Positions 59,048 to 64,000 of a DNA stretch of 64,000 nt are shown one piece after another. The stretch's first letter is position 1. Each line of letters begins with the position of its first letter. A model generated the notes under the pieces. It was given only the letters and a program-made list of their open reading frames with translations, was not told the origin of the DNA and ran no database searches. Made by a program: the position numbers and the translations under genes. The stretch comes from the human T2T-CHM13v2.0 reference genome, Homo sapiens, in the NCBI RefSeq assembly GCF_009914755.1, contig NC_060926.1; one strand, given 5' to 3'.

Positions 59048-59406
59048 TATCTTAGTCCATTTTGGCTGCTAAAACAAAAAAAACCCTGATTGCACAGCTT
59101 ATATAAAACAGAAATTTATTTCTTACAGTTCTGGAGGCTAGTAAACCCAAGATCAAGGTACCATCAGATTCAGAATCTAGTAAGGGCCTGCTTCCTGGGT
59201 CATAGATGGCTGACCTCTGGCTGTGTTATCAGATGGTGGAAGGGGTAAGGGATCTCTCTGGGGTCTCTTTTATAAAGGTACTAATCCCATTCATGAGGAC
59301 TCCCCTCTGATGTCCTAATCACCTCCCCCACCTCTAAATATCCTCACTTTAGGGATTAGTTTCTAACATAAGAGTATTGAGGGGATGCAAATACTTAGTC
59401 CATAAT
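59048..59406 (-). mobile_element. MLT1A-type MaLR solo LTR
   Basis: tcttagtccattttggctgct...aacagaaatttatttcttacagttctggaggct...tctcttttataaaggtactaatcccattcatgagg...aaatacttagtccataa. Confidence 0.92.
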
Positions 59407-62129
59407 AATTACCAATCAATGAGGAAATAAAATAGGAAACATTTGAAAACTTAATTTGTGATCATAAAACCATGTGAAAACATCATTAGTCTTACTTGTC
59501 AACTCAAATTCTTAAGTAATTCCACAGTTTTTTGTTAGGAATGGGGACTGAGATACTCTCATGCCTTGGGATTGTACAAGAATCCACAAAACTGGTATGA
59601 AAATACTGATATGACAATAAACAGGGGAAGACCTCTTTTGTATTCAGTGCATCTTGGTAGCTAATAACTTTCTAATTCTCTAAGGCGTTGTGGTGGCTCC
59701 ACACAAACTAGCAGTTTTACTTCTGTTATGCCATACTTCAGCATAGATATCTTTGCAAATGATGCCAGCCCTGAGACAAGGGTCTAGCTTACTTAGATTG
59801 CTTGTAGCCATTTTCCTCTTTGGTCCTGAGACTTCCTCAGGGCTGTCCATGATGGGCTACAAGATAGCTTGGTTTTTATCTACCGGATTCTGTCCCTTCC
59901 TCAGACTTGGCAATATTCCCCATTTCTCTCACATTATCTCTTCTCTTCTTTTTCTCCCTCTTTCTATTTTCTGTCCTCCTCACCTACTGCTACACATCAA
60001 CCAAGCAAAGTCTCTTCAATGTGCTACTGCATATAAATTTGTCCAAGGAGAGCTTGACTGCCTTATTGTAAAAGAAGGGAGGTATTACAGCAGAAACAAA
60101 AGACAAATTAGTATCTAAATAAACTATTTTTCTATGATCTTGTAACCAAAGATTACATTATGGGAAAGCTCACTCTCTCTGTTTCTCCAAATCATTCCCT
60201 GTAATTCTTTTTTATATCCCTGGAACCAAAAACTGCTGAAATTTTAAAACTCTGATTAGTTATCAATTAAACAAATTATAAAAAAACTTGTTTCTAGTTA
60301 TTTTCATATAGGCTAGAGCTCACACATACCTATTCACTGATCTCACTTAGTAGGTAGTATTGTGATCATTTATTTTTAGTGTTTTTCTAAAATGTATTCA
60401 GAGGCAGAGATATTCTCTAGGTAGAATAAAAAGACCTTATTCCATTACCATTTTATTTTCTGACTAAAATATTACTAAATATATTATAGGCAGCCAGCCA
60501 ATTGCCCCACCAAAAGTGATGAATATATGAAGTATTTTTTGACATTATTTTAGGTAGACCATTAATGGAAAAATATAACCAAGAAGTTTCAGTAGAAAAC
60601 TAGCAAAAGAAGACTTCAAAAAATTTTGTAGGATGATTAGTGACTATATTTTTAAAAATATTTTAATATGTGTCTTCCTTTATTAGCTTTATTTGTCTGA
60701 ATATCAGCGTGTTTGTATCACCACATTTTATGGTATATTTGGCATGCAGCTAATGCTAAATATTATTGTGTGGCTCATACATTAAAAGTAAGCCTCAAGA
60801 AAAGTCATCTTTACATACAATCTGAGAGAATTTGCCAAGTTAAAAAACCAATTAGAGTAATAATAAAATATACAAATATAATCATGAAGATGCATTTCTA
60901 GAAAGAGAGAGGATACATTTAGCTTGAGGAGAGGGAGTAATATTTTCAAAATAGCATTCAAACAGAAGAACAGTTTATAGCAATAGAAATACATTTTTCT
61001 TTAGGAAGACTTTGACCTGCATGAGACAGTTTATCAGAATGTGATTGGATCCAAGATCCCAAAAAACAATGGGTGGCCACACAGACTTAGGGTCAATATT
61101 TAAATAGATAAATAAGAATGAAATCTACTTTTATCCTATGGGTATATTGTGATATTTTTTTCAATCTAATAAATGAGAGAATTCTAACTGTATAAGATCT
61201 TGAAGTGATGCATGTAACTGAAGGGTCAATGTGACAGTACGGTTTTTGTTTAACCACTGCTTTTGTTGCACATATGTACATCTGGAGATGAAGGTGTCCC
61301 AGAGAATATGTTTTAATTTCTGCTTCTTCTCTGCTTCCAACTCTATCGATTTCAACACACACATACAAATGCAAACACACACAACACAACCCACCTTTGC
61401 ATAGGCTGTCTAATTTATTTAAATGTTTTTGTTTTGTCTTTCCAAGAAGAAAGTGCAAACTAAATGCTTGTTTAATTATTAGATCACTCTAATACTTAAT
61501 GCTGTGCCTTATATGAAGCTTGGATAACAGTAAAATAGTATTATTTCCAGTCTACAGACTCACAGAGGTGAAGTTTCTTGCTCAGGGTCAGTAATTTCTC
61601 ATATAGTGTACTGCTATTATCTCTTAACTCTTCACTTTCTTTTGTATTAGAGGTAGTTTAAGATGGAGATAGCTAACTTTTAAGACCCTCTTCTCCACAG
61701 ATCATGCCAGGGAGCACTTAATATCAACTTAAAACTGGTGACACCAACCTTGATTAAGGTTGTGTTAGCTAGGTTTTTCCTCTGCAAAGTTATAATTTTT
61801 CTCTTTTAACGCTATTTGTCAGAAAGGAATTACTAAGTTCAGCCTACACTCAAGTGGAGACAAATTAAACTTTATCATTTGGAGGTAAGACTATTAAAAG
61901 AATTGTGGTCATATGTTAAAACCACCATAGTAGTCAATGTATTTTGGCAAAGATACTTTGAAGCTATATAAATATCCTGATTCTCCTGAAGTTTTACCCA
62001 CTAGTGTTAGCATTCATTAGCGAATCTTGCTTGCAGAAATTATTACTGTGAAATTCTCATGGTGATTTTCTATTTTCTTCATTCCTTGCATAGTTATTAA
62101 TTGTAATTTCTGTAACAAATACTTAACTT

Positions 62130-62423
<294 letters not shown>

Positions 62424-62446
62424 TTATCTTTCTCCCCCACCCCCAA

Positions 62447-62974
62447 TGAAGCAGGCTTGTTGTGGACTGGTTACCCACTTGTGCAAATCTGTTGAGACAG
62501 AACACACTCAGACACAAGTTACGTGAAGGAGATTTGCTACTTACAGGCAGTAAGGGTCAAAAGAAACCCAGGTTTTATTGTGAGCAGGTCCTCCAAGGCT
62601 CGAGAAAGCTATCTGAGACAGGTGATTTCTTGACTGTGCTTGTCCCACTTGCACTACAGCTGAGGGACCCTAAAAAACAGCCTCCCTAGGTTATATTTCT
62701 CAGGGGTCACATGACTCACTGGGCAAAACTTTAAAGGACATCCTGCTCCAGCAGAAAGAGAAAAATGCGTAGGCTGTCCAGGGCAGTTCCTTCCTCACTC
62801 AAGGTGTTACATTCCCTAAGAGGGACAGGAACAAGTCCCAGGCTCTTCCGGACAGTTCCTCCCTATCTCAGAATATTGCATTCCTGGTACATTCTACTGT
62901 TATTCTTGAGAACTGCAAGCAAGAAAGGGATGAGAACTGGGCCAATACAAGGCCACCTGAAGAACTGTCCTGAA
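62447..62974 (-). mobile_element. ERVL-class solo LTR (LTR47-like) with an internal direct repeat
   Basis: Ends cattctactgttattcttgagaactgcaagc...gagaactggg..caaggccacctgaagaactgtcctg, the reverse complement of a recalled LTR47-type 5' end. The ggctgtccagggcagttcc / ggctcttccggacagttcc unit occurs twice. Confidence 0.7.
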
Positions 62975-63384
62975 CTCCCATTTATTTTTTTTTATTTATG
63001 TCAGTATGGGCTCATGGATATTTATTCTTTCAGTTACACCCAATGATAATGGCTATTGATCAATGTTTAAATTAACCCACTGTAACCATTGGGAAGTATG
63101 GCAGTCGACTCCTTTGTTCTTTTGACATATCCCTATTTCCTCCACCTTTGGGCAGCATAATATGGTGAGAGGAGGTGACTACATTGACTAATAACATTTC
63201 CCTAAGGTTTCTCTAGTTAAATGGTCTCTATTCATGACTTATGTAACTAAGCATATATTTAAAATAATACACATACTAAAAATATGCCCGGAGCTTCTAA
63301 GACCACCAATCTCTTCAGCATTCATTAATAATTATCAAGGTAGTTATACAATAAAAATATTCTCTAAATAATAAAGGGAAAATA

Positions 63385-63781
63385 TTAGGTTGGTAAAAAA
63401 TTAATTGCGGTTTTTGCTATTTAAAAGTAATGATGGCCGGGCGTGGTGGCTCATGCCTGTAATCCCAACACTTTGGGAGGTTGAGGCAGGTGGATCACTT
63501 GCAGTAAGGAGTTCAAGATCAGCCTGGCCAACTTGATGAAACCCCATCTCTACTAAAAATACAAAAAAATTAGCCGGGTGTGGTGGTGTGTGCCTGTAAT
63601 CCCAGTTACAAGAGGCTGAGGCAGGAAAATAGCTTGAACCCGGGAGGCCGAGGTTGCAGTGAGCAGAGATCACACCACTGCACTTCAGCTTGGGGGACAG
63701 AGAGAGACTCTCTCAAAACAATGACAAAAATAACAACAACAAAGTAATAGCAAAACCACAGTTGCTTTTGCACCTACCTAA
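63385..63781. mobile_element. Made1 (Hsmar1-derived MITE) split by an Alu
   Basis: Left arm ttaggttggtaaaaaattaattgcggtttttgctatt and right arm gcaaaaccacagttgcttttgcacctacctaa, flanked by TA dinucleotides. Confidence 0.92.
63435..63740 (+). mobile_element. AluS SINE inserted in the Made1 loop
   Basis: ggccgggcgtggtggctcatgcctgtaatccc...; degenerate (AAC)n tail; TSD aaagtaat. Confidence 0.96.
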
Positions 63782-63899
63782 TAAATAAAGTCTTTTTTTT
63801 GCTGACTTCTGGCACTGTCTTCCCAGATTCACTAAATCACAGCCTTCTTTGTTATCATTTGAGGGATTCCATATACTGTTATCAATTAAGTTTCATAGA

Positions 63900-64000
63900 G
63901 ATATAAAACATGTATATACACATACTCGCATACATATATATGCACATATATGCATGTATGCACATATACATAAATTGATGTATATATGTACACATATGCA
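63900..64000. repeat. (TA/CA)n low-complexity repeat
   Basis: catgtatatacacatactcgcatacatatatatgcacatatatgc... Confidence 0.85.

Noticed and set aside
56988-60118. ORFs of 100-121 aa (56988, 58436, 59753)
   Set aside because: They overlap L2 or AT-rich non-coding DNA and show no domain signatures.

Overview
AT-rich primate (human-like) genomic DNA, intronic or intergenic. It has no CpG island, no credible protein-coding exon and no RNA gene. Most of the window is transposable-element debris: two near-full-length dead LINE-1s (an L1PB-type on the minus strand at ~11.6-19.8 kb and an old L1PA on the plus strand at ~50.6-56.9 kb), several truncated L1s, eight Alus, MaLR/ERVL solo LTRs, a Tigger7/MER44 derivative, MER5s, a Made1 split by an Alu, and many L2/MIR relics. 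The recognisable ORFs in the supplied track are L1 ORF1/ORF2, Alu or Tigger fragments; the rest look like chance ORFs. The main finding is not in the ORF track: a decayed, apparently full-length PNMA-like Ty3/Gypsy gag reading frame on the minus strand at ~8.65-9.95 kb, found by manual translation across stops and frameshifts. Other oddities are a 41-bp inverted duplication next to a MER5 (pre-miRNA-like hairpin), a fragment of an older L1 lodged inside a younger L1's 5' UTR, and a Made1 (miR-548-type) hairpin disrupted at its loop by an Alu. All family assignments come from recalled consensus sequences, not a database search, and boundaries are approximate.
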